Part shown: positions 50,465-59,522 of the stretch, piece after piece | Layout of the letters: the number at the start of each line of letters is the position of its first letter | Position numbering within the stretch: position 1 is the first letter of the stretch | Source of the DNA: an uncultured Chloroflexia bacterium | Lineage (GTDB): Bacteria > Chloroflexota > Dehalococcoidia > UBA2979 | Direction of reading: 5' to 3' | Length of the DNA: 64,000 nt | Assembly (NCBI GenBank): GCA_963728205.1 | Contig: CAVSIV010000002.1 | Coordinates: forward strand, 64,001-128,000 | Translations under genes and position numbers: made by a program | Notes under the pieces: model-generated | Seen by the model: the letters and a program-made list of their open reading frames with translations, nothing else | What the model was told of the DNA's origin: nothing | The model's database searches: none

Positions 50465-52303
50465 CTACTCGGCGCGCCGCGTCACGAGGTGCCGGTCGAG
50501 GAAGGCGACGACGCGCCGCGCCATCTCCAGGCGGTTCGGCAGCAGCTGGATGCCGTGGCCTTCGCGCTCGAACAGCACGTACTCGACCACGCCCTCGTTG
50601 CGGCGCACGGTCTCCACGATCTGCTCCGACTCGCTCGGCGGAACGCGCGTGTCGTGGTCGCCCTGGATCACGAGCAGCGGCGTGCGGATGCGGTCCGCCC
50701 GGTGGATCGGGGAGATGGTCTCGAGGAACGCCGGGTCCTCGCCGTACTCGGCCGCGCGGTGCTTGCGACGCCACGGCCCGGTCTGCTCGAGGAAGGTGAC
50801 GAAGTTCGCGATGCCGAAGAGGTCGACGGCCGCCGCCCAGCGGTCGGGCGCTTCGGTGATGGCAGCCAGCGTCATGAAGCCACCGTACGACCCGCCCATC
50901 ACGCCGATCCGCGCCGGGTCGACGGCGCCGCTCGCGCTCAGCCAGTCGACGGCCGCGACGAGGTCGCGCACGGAATCCATGCGCAGCTCGACGTCGTCGG
51001 CGTGTGCGTACGCCTTCCCGTAGCCGGTCGACCCGCGGACGTTCGGGACGAGCAGCGCGACGGCGCCGGTGGCGAGCAGGTAGGCGGGGGCGGCGTAGCG
51101 GCCCCACAGCGCCGGGCGCGACTGGCTCTCCGGGCCGCCGTGCACGAGCACGAGGCACGGCAGGGGGCCGGCGGCGGCCGGCTGCGCGGGTCGGTAGAAG
51201 AACGCGGGGATCTCGCGGCCGTCGAAGGTGAGGTAGTGGACGAGTTCCGGCTCCGGGAGCGCGTCGTCGGGGACCCCGTGCGTGTCGCTCCGCGTCAGCT
51301 GCCGCAGCGCGCCGGCCGCGAGGTCGGCGAGCCATACGTCGGACGGAGCGCCGGCGCGCTCGAGCGCGAACGCGAGCGCCGCGCCGTCCGGCCGCCACGC
51401 GAGGCCCGCGAGGATGCCGCGCGGCAGCTCCGACAGCGCGAGGGGCGCGCCGAGGCGGCCGTCAGCGTCGACGGCGTACGCCTCGAGCCGCGAGTACCCG
51501 TCCTCGTTGACGAGCAGCGCCAGGCGGCGCCCGGAGGGGTCGAGCGCGAGCTCTTCGATATCCCAGTCGTAGGCGAGCAGCGTCTCGCGGCGCCCGGTCG
51601 CGAGGTCGATGCGCTGCAGCGCCGCGAAGTCGCGGCCCTCGTCGGTGAGCGCGAGGACGGCGCCGCCCGGATGGGCGTGCGCGAAGGACCACTTCGCGAT
51701 GCCGTCGTGCGCGGTGAGACAGCGCACCGGCGCGCTTCCGGCGAGGTCGACGAGGTAGAGGTCGTTGTCGCCGGCGGCCTCGAGGTTCGGACGCGTGACG
51801 AGGAGCGCGGTCGCGTCGGCGTTGAAGCGGCCGGCGGCGTTCATGCCGTCCTGCTCGACCACACATCGCTCCTCGCCGGTGTCGACGTCGACGACGTAGA
51901 CGTCGAAGAACCGGACGTCACGGCGGTTCGACGCGAACGAGTACAGCCGTCCGTCGGGCGACCAGGCGCCCGGGTTGTGGATGACGCGCGGTTCGGAGAG
52001 GAGCGTGCGCCCGCCGCGGCCGGAGCTCGGGACGAGGTGGAGCTGGTATTGCTCGTCGCCGCCGTCGTCGGCGACATAGAGGAGGTCGTCGCGGCCGGGC
52101 CGCCAGGATACGCCGTAGACGACGCCCTCGGTGTCGGTGACGGGGTGCGCGGGCGCGGCCGCCTCGCCGGCGTCCGCGACGACGAATGCCTGCGGCATGC
52201 CGGCGCGGTTGGAGAGGAAGGCGACGCTGCGGCCGTCCGGCGCGAACGTCGGTGTGGCCGCGCTCTCGACGCGGACGAAGTCTTCGACGGTGAAGCCGGG
52301 CAT
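50465..52303 (-). CDS. S9 family (acylaminoacyl/prolyl oligo-) peptidase
   Basis: HGGPESQ, PNVRGSTGYG, GGSYGG, QGDHDTRVP and EGHG motifs. AGGAG RBS. Confidence 0.93.
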   Translation of the reverse strand: MPGFTVEDFVRVESAATPTFAPDGRSVAFLSNRAGMPQAFVVADAGEAAAPAHPVTDTEGVVYGVSWRPGRDDLLYVADDGGDEQYQLHLVPSSGRGGRTLLSEPRVIHNPGAWSPDGRLYSFASNRRDVRFFDVYVVDVDTGEERCVVEQDGMNAAGRFNADATALLVTRPNLEAAGDNDLYLVDLAGSAPVRCLTAHDGIAKWSFAHAHPGGAVLALTDEGRDFAALQRIDLATGRRETLLAYDWDIEELALDPSGRRLALLVNEDGYSRLEAYAVDADGRLGAPLALSELPRGILAGLAWRPDGAALAFALERAGAPSDVWLADLAAGALRQLTRSDTHGVPDDALPEPELVHYLTFDGREIPAFFYRPAQPAAAGPLPCLVLVHGGPESQSRPALWGRYAAPAYLLATGAVALLVPNVRGSTGYGKAYAHADDVELRMDSVRDLVAAVDWLSASGAVDPARIGVMGGSYGGFMTLAAITEAPDRWAAAVDLFGIANFVTFLEQTGPWRRKHRAAEYGEDPAFLETISPIHRADRIRTPLLVIQGDHDTRVPPSESEQIVETVRRNEGVVEYVLFEREGHGIQLLPNRLEMARRVVAFLDRHLVTRRAE

Positions 52304-52357
52304 GGGACGCTCCTCGCACGCGACGGGCAGTATGCGCTTTCGGCGACAGCAGTCGCC

Positions 52358-52440
52358 CTCAAGCGGCGGCAGCATGCCGCCGATGCGAACGCGGCCGTTC
52401 GGCCGGTGCCAGCATCGGCGGCATGCTGCCGCCGCTTGAG
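52358..52440. repeat. REP-like inverted doublet, family A
   Basis: 29-bp perfect inverted repeat CTCAAGCGGCGGCAGCATGCCGCCGATGC (52358-52386 and 52412-52440). Confidence 0.9.
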
Positions 52441-52442
52441 CG

Positions 52443-53243
52443 TCAGTAGTGGATCGCGCGCGGCGCGCCGCCGCCGGCGGCGATCGCGTCGCCGTTGATC
52501 GCGATCGACTTCGGCGACGCCAGGAACGCGACCACCCACGCGATCTCGCGCGCGTCGACGAGGTGGCGGATAGAGTTCGCCTCCGCCAGCCGGCGTTCGA
52601 CCTGCTCCGGCGGCACGCCCTGCGCCGCCGCGCGGTCCGCGATCACGCGCGGCGTCGCCTCGGTGCGCGTGAGACCCGGGTGCACGACCGTCACCTGCAC
52701 GCCGTGCGGGCCCAGCTCGTCGGCGAGGTTCTTCGTCATCGCGGCCACCGCGACGTTGCGCATGCTGCCGATCGTCGAGCCGGACTGCCGCGCGGCCAGC
52801 CCCGAGACGTTGATGATGCGGCCCCAGCCGCGCGCCACCATGTGCGGCGCGACCTCGCGCGCGCAGCGCAGGTAGCCCATCACCTTCACGTTCATGTCGT
52901 CGAAGAACGCCGCGTCGGTGATCTCCGCGAGGCGCGGGACCGGCCCCTGTCCGCCGGCCTTCGCCGCGCAGTTCACGAGGATGTCGACCCCGCCGAGCGT
53001 CGCGACCACCTGCTCGACCATCGCGCGCACCGATGCCTCGTCCCCGGTGTCGGCGACGACCGGCACGACCCGCCGGCCGCTCTCGCGGGCGATCTCGGCG
53101 GCGGTCGCCTCGAGCGCCTCGCGCCCGCGCGCCGTCAGCGCGACGTCGGCGCCCTCGAGTGCCAGCTCGCGTGCGACGGCGCGGCCGATGCCGCGGCTGC
53201 CGCCGGTGACGATCGCGACGCGCCCGCCGAGTTCGAGATCCAT
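52443..53243 (-). CDS. SDR family oxidoreductase
   Basis: VTGGSRGIG, DILVNCA, GRIINVSG and VHPGLTRT motifs. AGGAG RBS. Confidence 0.9.
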   Translation of the reverse strand: MDLELGGRVAIVTGGSRGIGRAVARELALEGADVALTARGREALEATAAEIARESGRRVVPVVADTGDEASVRAMVEQVVATLGGVDILVNCAAKAGGQGPVPRLAEITDAAFFDDMNVKVMGYLRCAREVAPHMVARGWGRIINVSGLAARQSGSTIGSMRNVAVAAMTKNLADELGPHGVQVTVVHPGLTRTEATPRVIADRAAAQGVPPEQVERRLAEANSIRHLVDAREIAWVVAFLASPKSIAINGDAIAAGGGAPRAIHY

Positions 53244-53365
53244 CGTGTGCTCCTCGCTGTGCCGGGGTTGGGCGGCGAGCGTAGCGGGCGGGAGATGGCT
53301 TACGGGGAACTCCGTACGGAGCAGTCCCGATTCACGCGGCACAGCGTCGTCCGCATGCTGGTCGC

Positions 53366-54979
53366 ATGGACGAGATGTCGATGGGGCAGCAGGACGAACC
53401 GGCAGGCGTGCTCGGCGAGCTCGAGGCGGCCGTCGCCTCGCACCTGGAGGCGCCCGCCGTGACGGGGCGCGGTCACGGCCGGCGGCCGCGTGGGCGGCTG
53501 GTCGGCGTCGTCAGCCTCGGCGGCGGCGGGACGGAGCCGGCGACGGTGCTGCTCGCGCACACGGCGCTCGCGGCGTCGCGCATGCTGCGCCGCCCGGCGC
53601 TGCTCCTCGACCTCACCGACAGCGTCGCCGCGCCCAGTCACGCGCGCGAGCTGCCCGGGCTCGCCGACCTCGTCGCGCAGCCGGGCCTGCTGGCGGCGCA
53701 CGACGCCTTCGCACGCGCCCGCGGCGCACACCTCGGCATCGCGCGTGTCGGGTCGGCCGCCGAGCCGGCCGCCGGCGCGGTCGTCGACATGCTCGCGGAA
53801 CTGACGCGCCGCTACGCGCTGGTCGTCGTGCACGTAACTCCGGCCGCGTCGGCGCGCGCGGCCGTCGCGCAGGTCGCCGACATGGTGATCGCCGCCGGGA
53901 CGGAGGCGGACGCCGCGATGCTGCGGCGCGGCCGCCTTCCCGCGGAGCGCGACGTGATCGTGCTGGCCGCGGGTCGCGCGGGCGCCAGCGAGGGCGACCG
54001 CCGCCGGCTCGAGGACGCCTGTCGCGCGAACGTGCTGCGCGTCGTGCCGGCGGGGGCGCTCTCGGTGGTGCGGGCCGACGGCGGGGCCGCCGATGCCCGC
54101 GAGCCGTGGCGCAGCGTCGACTGGCTCGCGCGCCACATGCTGCAGCGCAAGGTCGGGCTCGCGCTCGGCGCCGGCGCGACCGGCGGTTACGCGCACCTCG
54201 GCGTGCTCGCGGCGCTCGCCGCGCGGGGGCTGACCGTCGACTATCTTGCCGCGAGCGGCATCGGCGCGCCCGTTGCCGCGGGCACCGCGCTGGGCCTGTC
54301 GCCCGTCGACATCCGCAGGCACCTCGACGACGTGTTCCGGCTGCTCGCGAAGCCTCGCCTGCCCTGGGCGGCGCACGGCACCGGCGCCGCGCTCCACGAC
54401 GTATTCGCGCGCATGACGGCCGGCCGGGCGTTCGAAGACCTGCGCGCTGCGCTCGCGCTCGTCGCCACCGACCTCGACCGCGGCGCGAGCCGCGTGCTCG
54501 ACTCGGGACCGCTCGGCGACGCGATCCTCGCGAGCATGGCGATTCCCGCGGCGCTGCCGCCCGTCACGCGCGACGGACGCCGGCTCGTCGACGGCGGCGT
54601 GCTCGACCCGCTCCCCGCGGGCGTGCTCAGCGCGGCCGGCGCCGACGTGGTGATCGGCGTGCGCCTCGCCCCCGCCGCTTCGTCCCCCGCGCGCGACGCC
54701 GGCTGGCGCGACCGCCTCGGCGCGGCCGACGTGGAGCCGGCCGTGCGCGCGTTCGACCTGATGCAGGCGCGGCTTGCGCTGGCCGGCGCCGACGGCGTCG
54801 ATGTGCTCGTCGAGCCGGAGCTGCGCGGCGGCATGGCCCTGCGCGACCGGGATCACGGCGACGCGATGATCGCGGCGGGTCACGCCGCGACTGAGGCGGC
54901 GATGGGCCGCCTGCGCGCGCGCCTCGCGCTCGACGTCGCAGGCACGCTCGCCGCGACGCCGGACCGCGTCGCCGCCTGA
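53366..54979 (+). CDS. Patatin-like protein with an N-terminal MinD/ParA-like domain, catalytic motifs degenerate
   Basis: LALGAGATGGYAHLGVL, ASGIG in place of GxSxG, ASMAIP and LVDGG. Confidence 0.75.
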   Translation: MDEMSMGQQDEPAGVLGELEAAVASHLEAPAVTGRGHGRRPRGRLVGVVSLGGGGTEPATVLLAHTALAASRMLRRPALLLDLTDSVAAPSHARELPGLADLVAQPGLLAAHDAFARARGAHLGIARVGSAAEPAAGAVVDMLAELTRRYALVVVHVTPAASARAAVAQVADMVIAAGTEADAAMLRRGRLPAERDVIVLAAGRAGASEGDRRRLEDACRANVLRVVPAGALSVVRADGGAADAREPWRSVDWLARHMLQRKVGLALGAGATGGYAHLGVLAALAARGLTVDYLAASGIGAPVAAGTALGLSPVDIRRHLDDVFRLLAKPRLPWAAHGTGAALHDVFARMTAGRAFEDLRAALALVATDLDRGASRVLDSGPLGDAILASMAIPAALPPVTRDGRRLVDGGVLDPLPAGVLSAAGADVVIGVRLAPAASSPARDAGWRDRLGAADVEPAVRAFDLMQARLALAGADGVDVLVEPELRGGMALRDRDHGDAMIAAGHAATEAAMGRLRARLALDVAGTLAATPDRVAA

Positions 54980-55042
54980 CGCACGACGCGCCCCCCGGCC
55001 GCCTGCTCGCACCACCGGTCCGCGTTCGCGCGACGGCTCGGC

Positions 55043-57766
55043 TCAGCCGCGCAACCGCTTGTGCGCCTCCACGACCGCAACCACCGTCAGCGACGTCGCC
55101 ACCATCAGCAGCCACTGTGCCGGCGTCGGCGGCTCGAAGCGCAGCACGTACTGCGTGAACGGCAGGTACAGCGCCGCGACGTGCAGGACGAGCACGGCGA
55201 GGGACCCGCCGAGCAGGAACCGGTTGGTCAGCGGCGACGTGGCGAACGCGGACCGCCGCTCCGAGCGCGCGTTGAACACGTGCAGCACCTGGAACAGCAC
55301 CATCGTCGTCAACGCGACCGTCTGCGCCTGCGCCAGCGTGGCGCCGGCGCGGTCGAGCTGCCAGAGGAAGAGCGCCAGCGTCGCGGCGCCCATCCAACCG
55401 CCTGCGACCACGAGGCGCTCGGTCAACAGGCGGGACAGCAGCCCCTCGCCGCGGGGACGCGGCGGCGCGCGCATCAACGCCGGGTCGCCCGGCTCGAACG
55501 CGAGTCCAATCCCCTGGACGCTGTCGGTCACCAGGTTGAGCCAGAGGATCTGCACGGGCGCAAAGGGCGGGTGGAAGCCAAACAGGATGCTGCTCACGAC
55601 CGCCACGACCTCCGCGACGCCCGACGAGATCAGGAAGAACGTCGCGTTGCGGACGTTCTGGAAGGCGAAGCGGCCCTCCTCGACGGCGGCGTAGACGCTC
55701 GCGAAGTTGTCGTCGGTGATGACGAGCTCCGCCGCCTCCTTTGCGACGTCGGTGCCGGAGCGGCCCATCGCGACCCCGACGTCGGCGGCCTTGAGCGCGG
55801 CCGCGTCGTTCACGCCGTCGCCGGTGACCGCGACGACGTCCCCGCGCGCCTGCAGCGCGCGCACGATGCGCAGCTTGTCGTCGGGCGTCACGCGCGCGTA
55901 GACGTCGGTGCGCCCCACGGCGTCGACGAGCGCGGCGTCGTCCATGCGCTCGAGCTCGGCGCCGGCGAGCGTGGCCGGGTGCGGGCCGCCGATGCCGAGG
56001 TCGCGCGCGATGGCGGCCGCCGTGGTGGCGTGGTCGCCGGTGATCATCACCACGCGGATCCCGGCGCGAGCGCATCCGGCCAGGGCCTCGCGCGCCTCCT
56101 CGCGCGGCGGGTCGAGCATGCCGAAGAAGCCGAGGAACTCCAGGTCGCGCAGCGCCTCGTGATCCTCCGTCGCGGCGCCCGCCGGGCCGAGGTCGCGCCG
56201 CGCGACGCCAATCACGCGCTGGCCCTGCTCCGCCAGGCGCGTTGCCTCGGCGGCGAGCGCCACGCGATCGAGGGCCGCGCACCCCGCGGCGCGCGTCGAA
56301 CGCGCGAGCACCGTCTCGGGCGCGCCGTTCACGAAGACGAAGTCGCGACCGTCGTGCGCGCAGAACGTCGCCGTGTAGCGCTGCTCGGCGTCGAACGGGA
56401 GCTCCCCCCAGCGCGGGTAGCGACGGGAGAGCGGCTCGACGTCCACGCCGGCCCGCGCGGCGGCGACGAGGAGGGCAATCTCGAGCGGGTCGCCGGTGCC
56501 GGCAATGGCCGGCGCCGGCCCCGGCTCGTCGCAATCGTCGCTCGCCCCGGCAAGCTCCAGCGAGGCGTGCGTGGCGAGAACGGCGGCCTCGAGCAGCGCG
56601 GCGAGCACGCCGGCGGTCGCGAGGTCCACCGGCGCCCCGGCGGCGTCGCGCACCCCGCCCGCGAGCGTGTCCGCCGGACCCTCCACGCGGTACGCCACGC
56701 CTCCGGCAGAGATCAATCGGACGGTCATCCGGTTCTCGGTGAGCGTGCCGGTCTTGTCGGAGCCGATCACCGTGCAGCTCCCGAGCGTCTCCGCGGCCGG
56801 CAGCTTGCGGATGATGACGTGCCGCCGTGCCATGCGCGCGACGCTCACCGCGAGCGCGACGGTCAGCGTGATCGGCAGCCCCTCCGGGATCGCCGACACC
56901 GCCAGCGTGATCAGCGTGAGGAAGAGCTGCTGCAGGTCGCCGCCCAGCGCGAGCCCGATCGCGAGCACCGCGGCGCCGAACACGAGCACGACGACGGCGA
57001 TCGCATTCGCGAGCCCCTCCATGCGGCGCTGCAGCGGCGTCTCGACGCGACCGATCGCGCCGAGCGACACCGAGACGCGCCCGAGTTCCGTGTCGCGCCC
57101 CGTCGCGACGACGACGGCGTGCGCGCGGCCGCGCGTGAGGGCGGTGCCGGTGTGCAGCATCGACGTGCGATCGGCGGTGGGCGTGGTGGCGGTCACGGCT
57201 ACGGCGCCCTTCGGCACGGGGGTCGACTCGCCCGTGAGCACGGACTCGTCGGCCTCGGCCCCGTGCGCGTCGAGCACGCGGGCGTCGGCGGGCACGCGCA
57301 TGCCGGCGTCGACCCGGATCACGTCGCCCGGCACCAGGGTCCTCGCGTCGACGTCGCGCTCGCGCCCTTCGCGCCTGACGCTCGCCATGGTGTGCGCGAG
57401 GCGCTGCAGCTGCGTGATCGAGCGCTCGGCGCGGTATTCCTGCAGGAATCCAACGGCGGCGTTGAAGACGAGGACGGCCGCGATCACGGCGGCGTCGACG
57501 TACTCGCCGACGACAATCGTGACCGCGCCGGCGACGAGCAGGATCGCGATCAGCGGGCTGCGGAACTGGCCGCCGAGCAGACGGAGGAGGTTGGAGCCGG
57601 GGGCCCCTGGAACGACGTTCGGACCGTACGTGGCGAACCGGCGGGCGGCTTCGTCGTCGGTGAGGCCGCCGGGGGAAGAGGCGAGCGTCGCCAGCGCGGC
57701 GTCGGGCTCCAGCGCCCACGGAGCAGGCGGCAGACCGACCGGCGGAGCATCCCGCGTGCGAGCCAT
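55043..57766 (-). CDS. Cation-transporting P-type ATPase (type II)
   Basis: LTGES, IPEGLP, DKTGTLT, MITGDH and TGDGVNDA motifs. ATG at 57766. Confidence 0.93.
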   Translation of the reverse strand: MARTRDAPPVGLPPAPWALEPDAALATLASSPGGLTDDEAARRFATYGPNVVPGAPGSNLLRLLGGQFRSPLIAILLVAGAVTIVVGEYVDAAVIAAVLVFNAAVGFLQEYRAERSITQLQRLAHTMASVRREGRERDVDARTLVPGDVIRVDAGMRVPADARVLDAHGAEADESVLTGESTPVPKGAVAVTATTPTADRTSMLHTGTALTRGRAHAVVVATGRDTELGRVSVSLGAIGRVETPLQRRMEGLANAIAVVVLVFGAAVLAIGLALGGDLQQLFLTLITLAVSAIPEGLPITLTVALAVSVARMARRHVIIRKLPAAETLGSCTVIGSDKTGTLTENRMTVRLISAGGVAYRVEGPADTLAGGVRDAAGAPVDLATAGVLAALLEAAVLATHASLELAGASDDCDEPGPAPAIAGTGDPLEIALLVAAARAGVDVEPLSRRYPRWGELPFDAEQRYTATFCAHDGRDFVFVNGAPETVLARSTRAAGCAALDRVALAAEATRLAEQGQRVIGVARRDLGPAGAATEDHEALRDLEFLGFFGMLDPPREEAREALAGCARAGIRVVMITGDHATTAAAIARDLGIGGPHPATLAGAELERMDDAALVDAVGRTDVYARVTPDDKLRIVRALQARGDVVAVTGDGVNDAAALKAADVGVAMGRSGTDVAKEAAELVITDDNFASVYAAVEEGRFAFQNVRNATFFLISSGVAEVVAVVSSILFGFHPPFAPVQILWLNLVTDSVQGIGLAFEPGDPALMRAPPRPRGEGLLSRLLTERLVVAGGWMGAATLALFLWQLDRAGATLAQAQTVALTTMVLFQVLHVFNARSERRSAFATSPLTNRFLLGGSLAVLVLHVAALYLPFTQYVLRFEPPTPAQWLLMVATSLTVVAVVEAHKRLRG

Positions 57767-57932
57767 GCCGTGCCCCCTCTGGCGGATGGTAGGCGTGCGC
57801 GGGCCTCGAGAAACGGCCGGAACGTCCCGCCATCTGCGGGGCTCCCGACCACACGGACGGTGCGGTGCTGGCCACTCTCGATACAGTGAGATCAGGAACG
57901 GAATCGGGGTGCCGCCCCACCAAGGGTGAGCC

Positions 57933-59522
57933 ATGAGCAACACGCAGCCGACCATTTCGCGCGACGCGATCGACGCCGTCATTTTCGACATGGACGGCGT
58001 CATCACCGATACCGCGTCGCTGCACGCGGCCGCGTGGAAGCGCATGTTCGACGATTTCCTGCGCGCCCGCGCCGACGCGTCCGGCGAGCAGTTCCAGCCC
58101 TTCGACATCGAGACCGATTACCAGCGCTACGTCGACGGGAAGTCGCGGCTCGAAGGTTTGCGCTCGTTCCTCGAGGCGCGCGGCATCGACGTGCCCGATG
58201 GGGCGTCGCAGGATGACGCGGACCGGGAGACGATCCACGGCCTGGGCGCGCGCAAGAACGCGTACTTCCTGCGGTCGCTCGACGAGCACCCGCCGCGCGC
58301 CTTCGGCCGCGCGGTGGCGTGCCTGCGTGAGCTGCGCAGCCGCGGCTTCAGGACCGCCGTCGTGTCGGCGAGTCGCAACGCGAAGCAGGTGCTCGAAGCC
58401 GCTGAGGTGGCCGACCTCTTTGACGCGCGCGTCGACGGCGTCGTCGCCGACGCGCAGGGGCTCGCGAGCAAGCCCAATCCCGCGATCTTCGTCGAGGCCG
58501 CGCGGCGCGTGCGAACGCACGTCGAGCGCGCGGTCGTCGTCGAGGATGCCATCGCCGGCGTCGAGGCGGGCAAAGCCGGCGGCTTCGCGCTCGTCGTCGG
58601 CGTCGACCGCACCGGTCACGCCGAAGAGCTGCGCGAGCACGGCGCCGACGTCGTGGTCACCTCGCTCGAAGAGCTGCGCATCGAGGGCGGCGATGACCTG
58701 CGCGCGGCCCGCACGAACCGCATCTCCGAGCTGCCGTCGGCGCTCGACCGCTCCGACGAGGTCCGCGAGCGTATGGACGACCGCCCGCTGGCGCTCTTCC
58801 TCGACTTCGACGGCACCCTGAGCCCGATCGTCGCGCACCCCGGCGACGCGCAACTCGCCGACGGCAACCGCGAACGGCTCGAACAGCTGGCGCGGCGCAT
58901 GACCGTCGCGATCGTCAGCGGCCGCGACCTGCGCGACGTCGAGGAGCGCGTCGGCATCGGCGACTGCTACTACGCCGGCAGCCACGGCTTCGAGCTCTCC
59001 GGGCCGCAGGGGTGGCACCGCACGCACGAGGCCGGCGAGCGCTTCCTGCCGGAGCTCGACCGTGTCGAGCAGGAGCTGCGGTACGAGCTGAACTCGGTCG
59101 AGGGCGTCGTCGTGGAGCGCAAGCGCTTCGCCATCGCGGTGCACGACCGCCAGGCGTCGGACGACGACCTCGACCGCATTCACCAGGTCGTGCAGGACGC
59201 GGCCGATCGGCACCGCAAGCTGCGGCTGACGGGCGGCAAGCGCATCAACGAGCTGAGGCCGGACATCGACTGGGACAAGGGCCGGGCTGTGCTCTGGATG
59301 CGCCAGGGCCTCGGTCTCGACCGACACGACACGCTCACCGTCTACATCGGCGACGACCTGACCGACGAGGACGCCTTCCGCGCGGTGTCCGACGCCGGCG
59401 TCGGCTTCGGGATCGTGGTGGCGGACGAGGACCGCGACTCGGTCGCGACGTACTCGCTGCCCGACGTGGCGGGGGTCACGGCACTGCTCGACCGGCTGCT
59501 GGACTGGACCGACTCGTCGTGA
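57933..59522 (+). CDS. otsB: Trehalose-6-phosphate phosphatase fused to a beta-phosphoglucomutase-like HAD domain
   Basis: N-domain FDMDGV...KPNP...EDA. C-domain LDFDGTLSPI, SGRD, GSHG, WDKG and IGDDLTDEDAF. Confidence 0.88.
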   Translation: MSNTQPTISRDAIDAVIFDMDGVITDTASLHAAAWKRMFDDFLRARADASGEQFQPFDIETDYQRYVDGKSRLEGLRSFLEARGIDVPDGASQDDADRETIHGLGARKNAYFLRSLDEHPPRAFGRAVACLRELRSRGFRTAVVSASRNAKQVLEAAEVADLFDARVDGVVADAQGLASKPNPAIFVEAARRVRTHVERAVVVEDAIAGVEAGKAGGFALVVGVDRTGHAEELREHGADVVVTSLEELRIEGGDDLRAARTNRISELPSALDRSDEVRERMDDRPLALFLDFDGTLSPIVAHPGDAQLADGNRERLEQLARRMTVAIVSGRDLRDVEERVGIGDCYYAGSHGFELSGPQGWHRTHEAGERFLPELDRVEQELRYELNSVEGVVVERKRFAIAVHDRQASDDDLDRIHQVVQDAADRHRKLRLTGGKRINELRPDIDWDKGRAVLWMRQGLGLDRHDTLTVYIGDDLTDEDAFRAVSDAGVGFGIVVADEDRDSVATYSLPDVAGVTALLDRLLDWTDSS

